From the NCBI GenBank assembly GCA_965655095.1, contig CBFHFQ010000351.1:1-64000 (forward strand): 64,000 bases of DNA. The letters run 5' to 3'. Positions 48,151 to 63,200 of this stretch are shown here, piece by piece (position 1 is the first letter of the stretch; each line of letters starts with the position of its first letter). Origin of the DNA: Haplodiscus bocki. Lineage: Eukaryota. Both the position numbers and the translations under genes were made by a program. The notes below the pieces were generated by a model. It was not told the DNA's origin, made no database searches, and was given only the letters and a program-made list of their open reading frames with translations.

Positions 48151-51100
48151 AACACTAAAATTCTATAAAAGAGTCAAATGACTCTTTATTCATCATTTCG
48201 TTTCGAATAGTATAAGTGCAAAGTTTGCCTAACAACTTCTTTCCGTTGATATGTCAGCTTTCCAATTCGTATCGCACAATCGACTGCTGGCACAGACAGC
48301 GATTAAAAAGTCCTTCCTAAGCAACTACATCATAAAATTCATGCAAAAACAAATGTCCAAAAAAATGTGTAACATTTGTTTAAAATCAAAAATTGATTGG
48401 GTCTCTCATAAACGCCGGGTGTACAAAACGAGCACATCATTACACGAAGTTTTTGATGTAGTTTGTGGCAATGAATACTTTGTTCTGGTTATTTTCATCA
48501 TGCATGGTCGAAAATTGCGATTTTCTGCAAGTAGTCAGGTTTCCATGTCGATTTTGAGGTCACTCATCTCAACGTATAATTTTTTTCCTAGAACGGGAGT
48601 TTATTTCTTGTTATTAAATATTTAATTTACAGAGTAGTATTCCAATGAAAAGATGATCTTTGTAGCCGGTCTCAACAAAAAAAATTTTGCAAAAGTGCCG
48701 ATTTTGGCCATTTTTGGCTATCTAGGTCCAGCTTCAAAGTCATTTTCCTCAATGTACAGGCAAAATTTCAAAAAAAAACCTACAACCGATCCTAAGAGAT
48801 GCTTTTAGGAACATTCTGTTACTCTTTGAGTTTAACTTGCGGAGGGGCGTAGGCGTTCTGCAAGTCGATTCTTTCCAAACTCCATTATTTTAGCTACCTG
48901 TGATTGGAGGAGGCGTCCATTTGAAGCTAGTGACGCTTGTTCTATTGTAACTTTTCGCTTTTCCCATTCCTGGGCTTCCATATTTGTACAACGGTTGATT
49001 TCTATTGGTTTTTTTGAAAAATACGCAAAGAACTGCGAGTTTTTGACAATTTTGTGCTATTTTGGGCATTTTTAGGCAAATATTTCCATAGTTCTCCAAA
49101 ACGAGACAATACAAATCATTTCATTTTCTCAGGGACATTAATCAGTCCAAATATATCTATTTTAAGACTGTTCCTACCCATTTCTGTTGCGTGGTTCACT
49201 CGGAATAAATTCCTAACTGAACTCTTTCCAACAGTTTCTTCACTACACATTTCGTTTGCAACAATTTTTCGCTATCTTATTTTTGTCCCAATTTGCTCAT
49301 ATACCAAACATACGCGTTGCTTAGGACGTTTTTCTGAATAATGAAAGTAGCTTCTTGCTATATTTTTTCACCTTCGAGAGTTTTGAATGCAAACATTCGG
49401 ATCTATTTAAAAGAATCTCTATTTTTGGGACGCGGCAGCGTAAATATGCTTATATGTGGGGTAGTGCCGGCAGTGCGCGTGGTCAAAAATCATTCCAATT
49501 TCGTTTTTATTGTTTGCTTTTGTATTCACAACCACTTGTTTTCACTCCACTTACGCTTTTATGCACTTCTAAATTTAAAACTAATCTGAGAATACACACT
49601 TTTTACTGTTTTCCAGACCGTTTTCCAGACCGTTTTCGTTCTTATTTCTCGACCAGTGTTAAAAAAGTGATCGTGAAGAACATCACTCAACATGTTTCTG
49701 TGAAATGTAGTTTTCATTTGTGGAAACTATTTCGCTGTATCTAGTATAGTCTTTGAGAAAAATTACGTCAAAGTTTGACTTCGAAGTAGAAAGAATTTTA
49801 AAGTTGATGCTGCGGTAGCTGTGCCAGTGTTACTAAAGGTTCCAAATATGCCGTAACCCTTACCTTTTCAATTTATATTCAAGCCGATAGCGATTTCCGC
49901 TACTGTTTATCCCATAATGTTTCAATGATCGAGTATTTACTAGTTGTAAGGGATAATAGAAAAAAAGCCCGTGGCTCACTTTCGCTCATACGGAAATCGG
50001 TGGCAGCACTTCTTTTGCTTTATCAAACAAAACAATAAAAATTCGGTGTGTTTTGACTTCATATACCAATTCACGCATCTTCGAACGTTGCAGCCACGCC
50101 CCTTGAAGGTTTTGAAAAATTGATACACCGCGGTCCACGTGAACGTGAGGCTCGTTATTTACATTCTTCTATTCAATGTCACGGCGATTTAATTTACATT
50201 CCACATATTCTCGCTCATGCCACTTTAACTTTGGATACCAGTTCGCTGAAAAAATTATCAAGATGAGACGTTCTTACTACTACTAGACAACAAACTTTTT
50301 TTTAAACTTTGGATGAGTAGACTTCAGGTGTGTGCCGTGGTAAATGGCGGGAAATTTTCCGTACAAAAGGTATAACCTCATTATGGGAGTGGGTGTTCTC
50401 TTTCAACAGGCCCTCAAAAAAGTAAGGAAAAGCTACAAAACAAATGGAACTATTGGCAACAGCACTGTCTTAGTTTGTTATCGCCCTTACACGTCGAGGA
50501 GGAGGTTCCCCATAAGGTTAAAAGTAATCGAATTCCCTCTTTTAGGTCATCTAAATTCCTTTGCCAGCAAAAAGTGGGCTATTAATGTAGGGCCCTCTAC
50601 GTAAATATATTTGTTCATCGGTCTTTTTTTCAGCTCTTCATCCTCTTCGAGTAATTATTTATTTAACTCTTTACAGCACTTTGTAAAATAGTTGTTCGAT
50701 AATATAGATGATTGTTAAATATGAAAAACCACAAAAATGTTCTTTGAAATTTTCACGCTACTGAACGAAGTTTTTGAGATTCAGTGCGACTCAAACTCGG
50801 TGCAATATGTCGTCTTTCACCCAGTTATTCGTTTCATCATGAACTAGTTCATTTATGTGACATACTCTTCGCATATGGTATAATCATCGTTTTTCATATT
50901 TTTTTTCGGAAAAAAGTAGAATGAATGTCAATTTTTTCTCAAATAGTTAATGCAGTGTACCATTATATGGCACACTTGAGTAGCCTTAAAGGAAGTTACG
51001 CCTCCAATTTGCCGAGTCAGCAAAATTGAACGAAGATTACACCAGAAATATAGTTCTCTTCTGTGAATACCAGATAGCAAGTTCTTACTTAACAACTTAA

Positions 51101-51298
51101 CAAAAGTTTCAATATAAGATACATATTACAGCTTTTTGGTATTTTTGGTAATTTCGAATTTTTTGCACAGAGATACATTTTCCTAAAAAAGTTTCGGGTA
51201 ATTTCTGATGTGTTCATTCAACATGTTCCGCGTTAATAAGTAACGGACTACCACCTGGGTAGTAATTAACAAAGTTGTTTTACTAAATAGTATCCGGA

Positions 51299-51495
51299 CT
51301 ACCTTATGATAACGGCAATGGTCACCATGGCATGATCATGCTAGTTTCCATGACGGCCATGCGATGATCATGGTATATTTCATGATGACCATGCCATGAT
51401 TTTGCCATGATCATTCTATGGCAGTATGAATCACCATGATCATACCATGTCGTAGCATGATCGTCATGTTTGACCATGGCTGTCAACCCGGGTAG
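51299..51495. mobile_element. Palindromic CATG-rich MITE
   Basis: Imperfect terminal inverted repeats (CTACC...ATGGTCA..ATG..ATGATCATG vs reverse complement of the right end); many internal CATG palindromes. Confidence 0.6.
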
Positions 51496-51884
51496 CGACT
51501 GATAGGAAAAGCAAAATCTGATGATTTAAGTTTTGATATGTCAATCATTGATTGTATTCAGTGTTAACTCCTCCTCATCTTAGATAGTTAATATTTTTTT
51601 GATCATAATGGCGCTATTGTGGTACACTCATCACATTCAGTTGCCGTTTAATCGTGCGAAATTTACCGAATGTGCAATCCTTTATTTTTGGACTTCATGT
51701 ACTAGAGAATCATAGCTTTTAGCTTTTCGATCTCGTTAGTTCCATAGCTTTGTCATGTCTGGTTAAATGTTTCCGTCGTAATATTTTACGAAATCAAAAT
51801 CAGTTCCTCAGTATGTAGACTTTTTCTCCGTGATTTGCTAATTCGGAATGAACATGTTCACGTTTGCAGTTTTTTAAACCTCAA

Positions 51885-52150
51885 AATGTTCCCCTGAACA
51901 CGTAGAATGCAGTTTTGACAACCCTGTCTAAAAGTTTTTGCTAAAAGTCCGAAAAACGTTCGCTCACAGTCCAACAAAAATTTTTTCAAAAAAATTGATT
52001 TTTCCAAAGTGTTCTTCTGGACGCGTAGAATGCAGTTATGACAACTATGCCAAAAATTTATGTCTCAATTTCGTTATAAAATTTCAAGTTTTGTATCTCT
52101 AAAAAAATCGGAATTGTTCCTCTGTACACGCAGAAATGAGTTTTGAGAAT
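51885..52150. repeat. Three copies of a TGTTCCTCTGGACACGTAGAATGCAGTTTTGACAAC-type motif (~105-125 bp spacing)
   Basis: Copies near 51887, 52010 and 52115. Confidence 0.7.
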
Positions 52151-52779
52151 ACGAATTTTTGCCTAACATTGTACTTATTGTGCTAAGAGCTGGCCTTTTC
52201 ACACCCTGAGTTGTCTATTATTTTCATGAAATTTTCAGCCATTTCATTTTGAAGCTATTTCTTACCCACGGAAAATATCGCTGCCCTGCTGATCTTCTTC
52301 TGTTATTATAAGTTCTCGAGGTCATTGTATTGCGTAATACCTTTCGACTGATTTGTTCCCTACCAGTCAGATTTCATCATTCATCAATGCTACATAACCA
52401 ACAGCCTATGAGAAACAAAAAATGTTTCACGACTTAGCCAGAAAAGAAATTTCAACTTTTATCCCATTTCTACCATGAGTCGAAAAGCTTTCAGCCTTAA
52501 AAAACACGTCTTCCCATTGTTTTGGGAGAGTTGCAAAAAAAATTACCTGAGGTCCAAAAATGAATCGAGAAAAGGTTTAACACACAAAGCACTTCAGTTC
52601 AAAATGAAACAAGACAAAGAAAAACAATACAAAGAGCGCAAACGAAAAAAAAACAAAAATGTGAAGACACTGAGGGGAGATGTCAAACCATATTCTGATG
52701 CCATGGAACTTAAATTGGTTATGTAATTTTTTTAGAATATTGCTAAGCAAACATTGACTTGACTCTGGTGCAAGCATCT

Positions 52780-54160
52780 CAGTTAGAATTATTGCTTCCT
52801 AGTAAAAGCGTTAAATGAGCTGCTTTTTTCTTGGGTAAAATTTCAAAAAGTTGCAAAACATCATTTTCGCAGATAAGATGTGGGCAAATAGTACCAAAAG
52901 CTGACGAAACACGTTTTCGGAGGGAAGGTAATTGAGACTTTGGAATTGGCGCAGGAAGAGACAATTTTGGTTCCACTTCGATAGCAAATAGTATATAGAT
53001 TTTACAATAAGTTTACAATTTAACTGCCCTCTGCTCCTTCCAATTTTAGCTGGGGCCGCAGGTATTTCGAGTGTGTTCTGCGTGAAGTTTTTGCGGCGTA
53101 GACGCTGGTATATTTACCTGTTTTGCATGTAATTTTTCACGCTCCTGTTTTACAACCCTAGATGATCCTGCAGAAATATCTTGCAAGGATCTTGCAAGAA
53201 TCGCTTACATCAGAGAATACTTTCAAGAATCTTAGAAGAACGGAGTTATATTTCAAGTGCAGAAAAATCTTGCAACTTTTTTGAAAGAATCTTGCAAGGA
53301 AACCTCTGATCTACTAAACAAACACTTCTTTCAAGAAAAATGAACAAATCAGACATTTTTTGCAAGAATCTTGCATTTCTTGCACTTTTTGAATAATGCA
53401 TTATCTTGCAACATCTTACAAGAAAATTTCAAGAATCTTGCTTGCAAGTTTTATCTGAAAGATTAACTAGGGAATGTACTGAAAACCTCTGAACAGCATT
53501 GATTTACCTCTGATCAGCGCTGAAAACCCCTAAACCACTTTTTCTACCAAAAATTGGCGGTACAAAATTTGTGCGTCTCGGTGTAAGATTAGCTTATTCC
53601 ATCGTTCATTTCTTCCAATTTGCACTCTGTATCTCTCGTTTCTCGGCAAGGCCCAAGAAAACACTGGAACCCCCCACAGCATCTGCCCGTCATACCAAAT
53701 TTCTGGACTTTTCTTCCAGCGTTTTCTCCCAGGGTGTACCAGACGAAAGCATTTCAAAAATCAAGACTTAGGATGGCAGGGAAAATAATATTTTGTGGAG
53801 GTATTCAATAAATAGGGAGAAATTCATCTCTGTCTATCTTTGTAAACTTTCCCATTGGCGGGAAAGCTGTTGTCGAGATCAACCGTCAAAGCGTACATGT
53901 AGTCGCGGTTCTGCTTGTCGAATTTATGCATAAACGTTCAGCATTCAGGTATGAGCAATTCGTGGTATGGTGAAAAAAAATTCAAGCAACCAAGGTAGTT
54001 ATTGTCAGATATATCTATAGTTAATACCTACAGCACAGTACCTTTGGCATGTGTCTGATCGTTTCTTGTCTGTTGCATCTCTTTGTGCCTGCGTTCATGC
54101 ACGATTCCCAGCAGCATGTCTACGCTATTGGAACTGTATATAAGCGTGTTTACCTCGCTA
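52780..54160 (-). pseudogene. Possible Polinton-type rve integrase remnant, interrupted by the MITE
   Basis: RLYTVPIA (~54140); FMHKFDKQNRDYMYALTVDL (~53880-53935); KKSPEIWYDG (~53690-53720). The order fits Polinton integrases. Confidence 0.4.
53156..53472. mobile_element. MITE with CCCTAG...CTAGGG TIRs and internal TCTTGCAAGA palindromes
   Basis: Left end CCCTAGATGATCCTGCAGA vs reverse complement of the right end, CCCTAGTTAATCTTTCAGA. Confidence 0.75.
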
Positions 54161-55629
54161 GACTACATTTTTTATCTCTTCTCCGTTTGTACTTTTGCAT
54201 GTCATTTTCTTCACTGCCGCCATTTCTGGTACAATATTTTTTAATCCCGCGTTTCTTCCCCCGATCTATGCCTCGAATCATCTTAAATTCCAAAGTTTCC
54301 ATTCCTGCTTTCTAGAAAAACAAAAGTCATTTTTTGTAAAAATATTTCCTATTATTTGCCACCCATATTTATAATATGTAAGAAAAATCATCCTCTCAAG
54401 ACGGTAAAATCCGGTTTTTTTACGCTGTTGATGATGTCCGATTTTGACTGTTTCAGACACTTTCTGACCGTGAAAATGTTTTTCACCAAACTTTAGCAAA
54501 TTTGCCGTAGAATGCGATTGAAATAGTAAGATTGCTCGAAACTTTCAAAATATGGTTTTTTTAAAAAAAACCGATGGTTCTTTTCTCAAGGAAAACTTAA
54601 TTTTTTTCCAAAATCGCTGAAGGTGGCAAATTTTCTGTATAATGCGTATCAATTGATGATATTTTTTAAAAATGTCTTTTCCACGTTTTTTTTTGAATTT
54701 GGAGAAATTGGGAAGTATGATGAAGAAAGAGAGTATTTACGCTTTCGACCTTTTGAAAGGCATCTTCAACAAAAATTCAGGGCGAAAAAGATGCTGGTAG
54801 TAGATGGCCCTTTTGTTCAATTTCTTTCTAAACTTGGTAACAACTAGCTTCCAAAGTTGACAACTCATCGATCGTCATTGATAATTCTTCTATGACCCAT
54901 GGATCATCATGTCTTTGATCATTCTAATTTTTATCCATGTTTAGCAAAATTTCATGCAAGATTCATGGACGATTTGATTTTTTTCAAAGTATTCAGATGG
55001 CTTGGTTTAAGTATCTCCAATTCTGTAAAGAAATCTCCTAGGTCTAATATTTACCCGAATTTATTAGATTGCATGCAACGGAATTTTTTGATAATCATAT
55101 AGGCTTATATGATTATATAAATTTATGAATATAGGCTTAGATGAAATGGTACATTTTTTTAACCAAATGATCCACTAGGATTCAAAAATACTGAGTTTTC
55201 ATCGTTTTTGTGCCGTGTTGATTGAAGTCGTGGTGCTTTCAAACAACGCACAAAAACATTCCATCTTTTTTGAACATTTGGTAACTTCTCATCATGCTAC
55301 ATCTGTGCTGCCTCTGTTCACCGCACAGAAAAAGTGCGACACCATTGGCTTGTTTTTTCCACGTTGCCAGATGGTTAGCAAGCGACTTCATCACACTGTG
55401 GCTGCATTGCCATAAAAGTTTGCAGGAAAACAGAAAAAAACATACACAAAAGACGCAACCATAATGCAATACTTTTCGTCAAAAGAGCGCGGAAACTGTT
55501 CATCGAATATACAACAAATGATTTTCAGAAACACATTGACTAAAGAAATTGTCGATTCAGACTTTGCTACTTGCTAGAGAATTCAAGCCAGTAATATTAG
55601 AAAATTATGAGCTTAAACATCGGCAAAGA

Positions 55630-57420
55630 GTAATTTTAGTTGAGTTTTTTGCCATTCTAGGCCTATCAAAACAAATCCTGATGCTTGTGAAGAAATCAAA
55701 GATTTTCAACTCGAAGTCTTCACCACTGGTGAAAAACTGTCAATTTACACTTTGATGGAAGAATTCAAGCCAATACCTAAGGAGAAACATGCAGAAAACA
55801 TGGAGAATAAACAAGGAAATGGGTCAAAATTACAAACGCTTTCTTGCATTTTTGGACTATCAGGGTTCCGATGCAAAGAAAAAATCGATCGAAGAAATTT
55901 CACTTGTGACGTCCTCCTCAAGTAGAAAGATGTGGATTGAAGTTAAAATGCACGAAATGAAACTGGAATTATCGGAGGAATGTGAGTTCGAATATAAACA
56001 CGTAACAGTATTGACAGCAGTTCTCGCATTCTTTGGACTATAAAGATTCCCCTTCAAGAAAAACACCAATGATCTTCTGGTCGAGCAGTTCTATAAAAAT
56101 ACCAAGCTGGTGATTCGGACTAAATAGATGAGCTAAATCAATTATTTGAAGAAAAAATAATTCGAACATGGAGATATATCAAAGCCACAAGACTTTTTTG
56201 CTATTTCGTCGTATCAAAATTCCCAAGCCAAGAATTTAACCAACAATTTTTCTGCGTCATATTCTTTCTCAAGTAAATTGTTTTCGATTGACACCTTGAT
56301 AGAAGAAGTCTAGCGAGAAAAAATAGAAAACCGAGATCTAAAACATTTTTTAACCTTCAATACCTTCTTTGGAAATTTCTACCTATCAGAATACCAACGG
56401 AAACAACAGATTTACTGATTTAAAAATTATATAGTCCGCCTGATGAAAAATTTGTTGATTAAAACTTTTGCAGAAAGAGAGAAACAGATGGTGCTGAAAG
56501 AATAAAGATCTGAATTTCGAGTTGTCTAAAAATTTAAAAGAATATCATGTTTCAGACCTTCCCACGTCCACAGAAAGACAACACACATGAGTTCTCAATC
56601 GCATAATCGTCCAGAAAGGGAGGTTGCAGGTTAGTAGTTTTCGAGAGAATTGAATATTAAAACAAAATTTCTGAATGCAAGTGGTTTTTTGACATTTTTC
56701 TGCTGCCAGAATTCCATTACAGAATCAAATTTCACTACTTTTTCTGCTGCAAAACGTTTTTCAATAGAAAAAGTGTCTACTAAATTCTTAATAGAAGACG
56801 TCAGCTGGTAATATCCAAAAAAAAGAGTTCCAATGACAGAATTGATCAGTAGCAAAACCAGTTTTTTCAAGTCTCGGATTTGCAGAATTCCACCAGAAGA
56901 ATAACTTTCATTAGTTTGCGAAGGCAAAATCTTCAATAGGCACAACGCTCCCATTTGGGATTCTGATCAAGGACGTCAATTCATTTTCTTAGAGGAAAAA
57001 CTATTTGAAAACAGATATAGGTCAATTTTTCAGTTTTAGTAGCCTTTTGGGCCTTTTCGGACAATAAGGATTCCGACGCGAGGAAAAAATTGACAATTTT
57101 CCAACCGAGCAGCCCTCCTCTAGAAGAAAGCTGTCAATTGACACCCTGGTGGAAGATGTTAGGCTAGTACCTTTGGTGAAATTTGATATTGAATATGTCA
57201 TCTTCAAGAGACGCTTTTGGCCTCCGGAAGTATTCTTTCAATTATTTAGTAGTCCTTCTTTCCTGAAGTGAAGAACTGTTTTTTGAAAATTGAAGCTGAA
57301 ATTGTTGAGCTAACAAGAGGATATGAGAAAACGAGATAAGTTGGAGTCATTTCAGTTTCCACAGTTTTCGACTTATCAGGATTTCAACGGAAGAAACCAA
57401 GACAACCATTTTCATTTTGA
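55630..57420 (+). repeat. Highly diverged ~170-190-bp tandem repeat (~10 units), apparently once protein-coding
   Basis: Recurrent peptide motif KLSIYTLMEE (~55735), LFSIDTLIEE (~56280), KLSIDTLVED (~57130); F..F..YQ-like unit starts. Confidence 0.55.
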
Positions 57421-60249
57421 AATTCTGTTCTAAAGTAAAAGGTTGCCTTTTAAGACATCCATGAAAAACATTAAACATGCAGTTTTAACAGAACGTGCGT
57501 TTCTGTGTCAAGGAAAAAATATATTGATTCCACTTTTCAGTGATTCCGCATTGTGGGGATAAGAAAACAAGGCTGTCATACGAGAAAACAATTGAAGTTT
57601 GCTCATTTTTTTTCTTATTTCAGAGAAACCGGGATAGCGAGAAAAAGCGTCATACTGAAAGCTGGAAAAAACCAAATATGTGTGTCCTTAATTAAAGTTT
57701 GGAAGACAATTTTATAAAGTTGTCCGGTTTCTTTTGGAAAACCGAAGTTGATGCGGAAATTTCCTTATGCTTTTGGAAACTTCTGACTTATTTCAGTTAC
57801 ATCAGAAGAAGCGTTTGTGATAAGATAAACTGGTCATGAAAGAGTTTAGGAAGTTGTCGGAAAAAACTTTACTTTTTCAGTCCTTAAAAAACTGCGAAAG
57901 TGCTAAATACCGGTGAATTGAAAATGTAGAAAGGCGGGGGTTGTAGTATTATTCCGACTGGCTACCTGTAGCATGCCTAACCGTGGTGTCACCTCATCTA
58001 TTCAATATGCCAGCCAGCAACAGTTCTGCAACGCAAGTTTTGCTAGTCATAGGCACTTTCAGGAAAAAGAACAAAACTCTAATGCTGAAATGAATGAACA
58101 AAACTTGCGAAAACATGTTACAAATTGCAGAAAGTCAACGGAAGCAGCTTGGTTTACGGAGTTTAAGGATGCAAATCACTAGATTTTCTTTTTACGAATC
58201 TGTTGAACTTCAACAACACCAATCTTCTCAGCACTTTGAGACTTGATGGAAATCATTGAAATCTGAAAAAAATTGAAAGTACTATAATTCAAAAGTTTCA
58301 ACGCAAGGAGTTTATGTTTTATTACTTACTTTTACAGATCAAACAAAATTGATTTCGGCAACATGACGAAACTGTAACACTTCCGCCACTCCTGTCAAGG
58401 TGAGACTTGATGTGGACAAATACAGACAGCGCAAATAGCGAAACCCAGTTGCGGTTTGACAACTTAGACATACAGAATTTTTTGCAGTATTTAAGACTGC
58501 AGATAAGTAGAATCAGTGAAAGCATCTAATGAGAAACGTAAACGAATTTTTATTAGATTAAGACTCGATGAGAAAAGATCAGAACAATAACAGCTGTGAA
58601 AACCTGTTACAAGTTGACAGTTTTCTCGTAAGGAACTTCATTTATGGATCAAAAATGCTAATGCGTTGATTTTCTGCTTGCAAACATATCCAACTGAAAC
58701 ATTTCAGGAGGTGAATTATTTGACGACGAAAATGAAACCGGCACGAAATTTAAAAAGTCTCCTGCAAATTGAAAATTTGATCACAGGGAAGTAGAATCTG
58801 ATAAATAGAAGATATACACAAAGTTTTAAGGAACTGGAAAATTAAAAGTGTGGTTCTCCGGCTTGATTAACATATCGTAATATTTCTAGAGATTTACTTA
58901 TGTGTGGCACTTTTAAAATATTCTGGTCCATAAAATTTGCTCGGAAAATACGTTAACAAAGAGTTTCGTTGGATTTTTCCTAATTTGTATTTTGCAATTA
59001 TCAATTTCGAAGAATTCAGCTATGCTTTACAGGCGAATATCATAACCAAAAAAGTATCTCATATGGACTTGAAACTTTTTTATTGTTATTGTTCCTCCCG
59101 GCACTGCAGTCTTACAACGAAATTTCCGAAATTTCATATCTTAGCGTCTTTCTACTAGGGTAATGTTTTTTACTAACAAAATTAACTTTTTGCAGCAAAA
59201 TGATAACTGAAGGAAAAATCTATGCAAAACTGAAAAAGACGCTCTTTTTTGCAATACAGTCAGGAACGTGAGACTACTTCCAACTTTCCGAACGGAGTAC
59301 ACGAAGAGCTGAAGATTTTTTTGGGACGTTTTTATGGAGAAAGTAGAGGTTTTTTATAGTTACATAATTACCTCTTCAAACGAGTCACGAGTATCATTCT
59401 TCAAACCGATCATCAGCAAGAGGTCCTTTTTTATATTAAAATTGTATAGCTGAGGAGAACCGATGGCGCCCCTTCCACTCACTCTTCTCCTGAAAGAACA
59501 AAATGATGACTTTCTTCTCAATTCCTTTGGGCAGCATCCCGATATTTTGGAGATTTTGTTGTAATTCAGCAACAACTTTGAGAAAAAAATGTAATTCTTA
59601 TGAAGAAGCAGCTGGTTTCAGCTCCTAGCCGTGACTGTCACCAAAGTCCGCTTTGACGATTGCTTTGACAAGCTTGTTGAACTTCTTGCGACACTGTTCC
59701 CATAACACATCACCAACAACAGGTCATGATTAGCCTCAGTGAGGAGTTGTGTAAATTGAACAAATAGTAGACTTAATCATGCCGGTATCAAATCGAGGAC
59801 TTTGACGACGCAGCACCAAAATAAAATGACTGCACCTCAGAATCAACTGATTTGAATTTTAAAAAAATGACTGCACATAAAATACTGTTCTTGAAACCTC
59901 TCAGAGCAGTTGAAACCACCGAAAGTGTCCAATTAACCACAGACGGAAGAAAATGAGTCGAGACGTATTGAAGACTTCCAAGAAAGAGTACTTTCCAATA
60001 TTTCACTGCCTTGAACTATAAGAGAAGAAATATGCTATTTTACGTGTCAATTTTTTTGAGCCTGGTAGCTGCACTAACAAAAAATCAATGCTTCCAACAT
60101 TATTCACTTTCAAAAATTACAGGTAGGAGAAACAACTTCAATTACATGTTTCCAGGTAGCATGACGAAACCTTCTTTTCGCAATCCTAATTCAGTCATAA
60201 GTACTCTTTCAAAAGACTTTTTCGAAAGAATCGTTTTTATGGGAATAGT

Positions 60250-63200
60250 GTAAGTCGGGATATTTCTGAAAAAAGTTCGATTTCGTTGGAATTTCTGTCG
60301 GGAATATGCAGTGCGACAATTCATTGCTGACAAGAAGCATTTCCAAATTATTGCAATGTGAGCAAGGTTTTCTCATACCAAGAATGAGCATTTACTTGTG
60401 AGACCTTGTTTAATACTGATTGGAATTTGAAACGGTTTTGGAATTGAAATTGGAGTTTCAAAATGTTTCGGTTTTTTGAAGAGTATTGGTAAAACCCTCA
60501 TGCCGAAGTAGAAACAATTTGTAGACAAAAAAACTTCCATAACTTGAGCTACCGTTACTTTGAGATTATAGTAGGCTGATGAATTGTACCGCTAAAAAAC
60601 ATACCATGAATTATGAAAACAAGCCATTAATCAAAAACTTCAACAAAACAGGAAACCTTTTTTCAGGGATTTTCAGGGACACAAGGTTTAATATTATGAA
60701 AAGGCTCAAACCGTATTTCTCCCAAAAAGGCCCGCCAATAATAATCATTGATGATATACAAGATTCATCTGTTTTTTCGACAGACAGGTACTTCACGAAC
60801 AGGTTCAGTAACTGTAGAAGTTTTGGATTCGTGCATTTGCTCTAATCAGCTACTTGTTTCTTTGTTTTTGAAACACTGTCTCTTTCTTTTTCCAAGTTCG
60901 AGGAATCAATTTGACTCTTTATTGTCCAGTGATTGAAATAACAACAGTCTTGCATTTTATGCATCAACGCCAATTGAAAAACTCTGATGTCAAACGCTTC
61001 TCGCAAATTTTGTGACAATTTCCTACTCCAGAAGAGACAAATAAACTTTCAGACGCAAGTTTCTGATTGTCAGTGGTCGGTTTATTAGCTCATATATTTG
61101 GCATTGAGCTTCAACGGAAACATGAATTCAGTAGTAGCAATCAACGGAAGTGAAAAAAGCTCCGCAGAAAAAGTAATCAAGTCTAGAACGACAAGTGTTG
61201 GCATTGCACACATACAGTGAAAAAACCTAGCCTTCATTTTTTACAGCGATAACTCATATTCACAAAACCGGATGAAAAAGGCAAATACATTTTTCAAAAT
61301 TTGATACAGAACTAGCTTTCATGGGCAGTGCTCTCGCTTACCATCTATACAACTTTGTGATGACTGATTTCGATCGAAGTGAGTGTGGGCGTACTGAGTT
61401 GGTGGCAAACAGACACATTCTGATTTCCATCAGCATTTTTTTCAGACAAATTGTTTACAATTCGATTTATTACCTGTCAAAGCAGAAAAACGATGAAAGC
61501 ACAATTTTTCCTCGTACAAAACAACGATCAGTCGATACATTTCAAATGTTGATGGCTTTAATCAGCAAAATGCAATTCAAATAATGACAAAAAAGCCGAA
61601 TCTGTATAAAAACCTCTTTGACTAATGCTTTTACTCCTCCTGCCATCGAGGTTTCAATTGAAAACGTTTTTGTGGAGCACAAAAGGATTTTAAAATGTCA
61701 AAACTGTTGCTCACAGTGAAGTCCTGACAGTCCGAAACTTCCGGAAATCTGTAAAAACTGGGAGATCGTCCCACTCACACTTATACTCTCTCCAACTTAT
61801 GACATGACTTCATCCGCCACTGTCTCAGTCAGTAACTTCTTACTTGTGGAACACATTGTGACTAGGGAGACATCGATTTTTTTCCTTTCTTCGAAATCCT
61901 CGAACTTCCAACAGTGCCAGAATTGATAGCAAGAACCTGATTTTCTTGATTTTCAATCCCATAAGTCTTTGGGAACAGTTCTGTTTACGCCGCACACCAA
62001 AATCCCAAGCAGATGATTTCTATTTCTCAACAACAATGCTACCAGCAATCATAAAGATTGTCGCATCGAACGAAAAAATTACAGCCCAGAAAAGTAAAAC
62101 ATGTATCCACTGAAATCACAACTCGCGACTGAAACCCATACTTATTCGAAGCTGCCCGGTTCACTTCTTTTCCAAGGATCTCAATCAACTACTTTTTCCA
62201 TGGGTAAGATTACACTGCTGAGAAGAAAAACATCAAAAATTCTCTGCCTTTCAATAATTACAGGACAAAAAAAGCACAACAAAGCTCTCAAAAAAACAGC
62301 TATCTATGTTTTCACTCTTTTTTCCCAGAACTTCCAGTTGACTGCTTCAAGGGAAATAAATTGACATCTTTTTACTTGAAAAGCGCCATTCAACGCAAAA
62401 CCGATCCAATTATTCTACTTACGAGAGAATTTTGATGTTTTTAAAACTGCAGAATCCATTGTTATTTTCGACAAATCTCGTGTTTGAAACTCGTGAGTCT
62501 TCAACATTACCTGCCTTATTACGCCTGTGAAATTCTCAGTCAACAGATTTTCACTTGAAACGAGGAGAGTGTAAAAATGAAAAAACAAAGGTTTTAAAGG
62601 ATTTTTTGCTTAGGAATTCTAATGGGACGAAAGTGCCGAGCAAATCTACATAGCAGTATAGATCTCTTTGTTGAAACTCATACTTCTTCATAATTACAAA
62701 TTTCATTCCTTCCATAAAAGTTTCAATCGAAAACTTACGATTCAAGGGATGTAGTGTGTGTGGGAAAAATTTTCGAATAAAATTTTTGCGTCGGAATCCT
62801 GATCATCAACCGAGGCCAAAAAAAATCCAAATTGTCACAGTAACAACAAGATTGTCAAATTCAATTTTCTCACAAACTATTGGGTTGAATTCTTGGGTCA
62901 CAATCTGAATCTGCAGACAAGCTCATTCAACATCGATAATGTTCTTACAAACGTCGGAACCGTGACAGTTTGAAAACTCGAAAAATTTGGAAATCAGATG
63001 TGTCAGTAATTGCTGGCACGACTTATTCTAGCAACGTTGCGGCTCAGCGGCTTCATATTATTACCTCTGGGTGTCTGTACAGACAAAAACTTAACGGAAT
63101 TTTTCCTTCGGTAAATGATGGAACCAGTTATCTTTCTTCGACACTGTTCTCTTGATTCCTCCTGTAACGGTCTCAATTGACTTTTCGTTTCATAACGAGG

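Noticed and set aside
60579-60845. Plus-strand IIIIDD as a Walker B motif
   Set aside because: There is no Walker A upstream in that orientation, and neighbouring remnants read on the minus strand.
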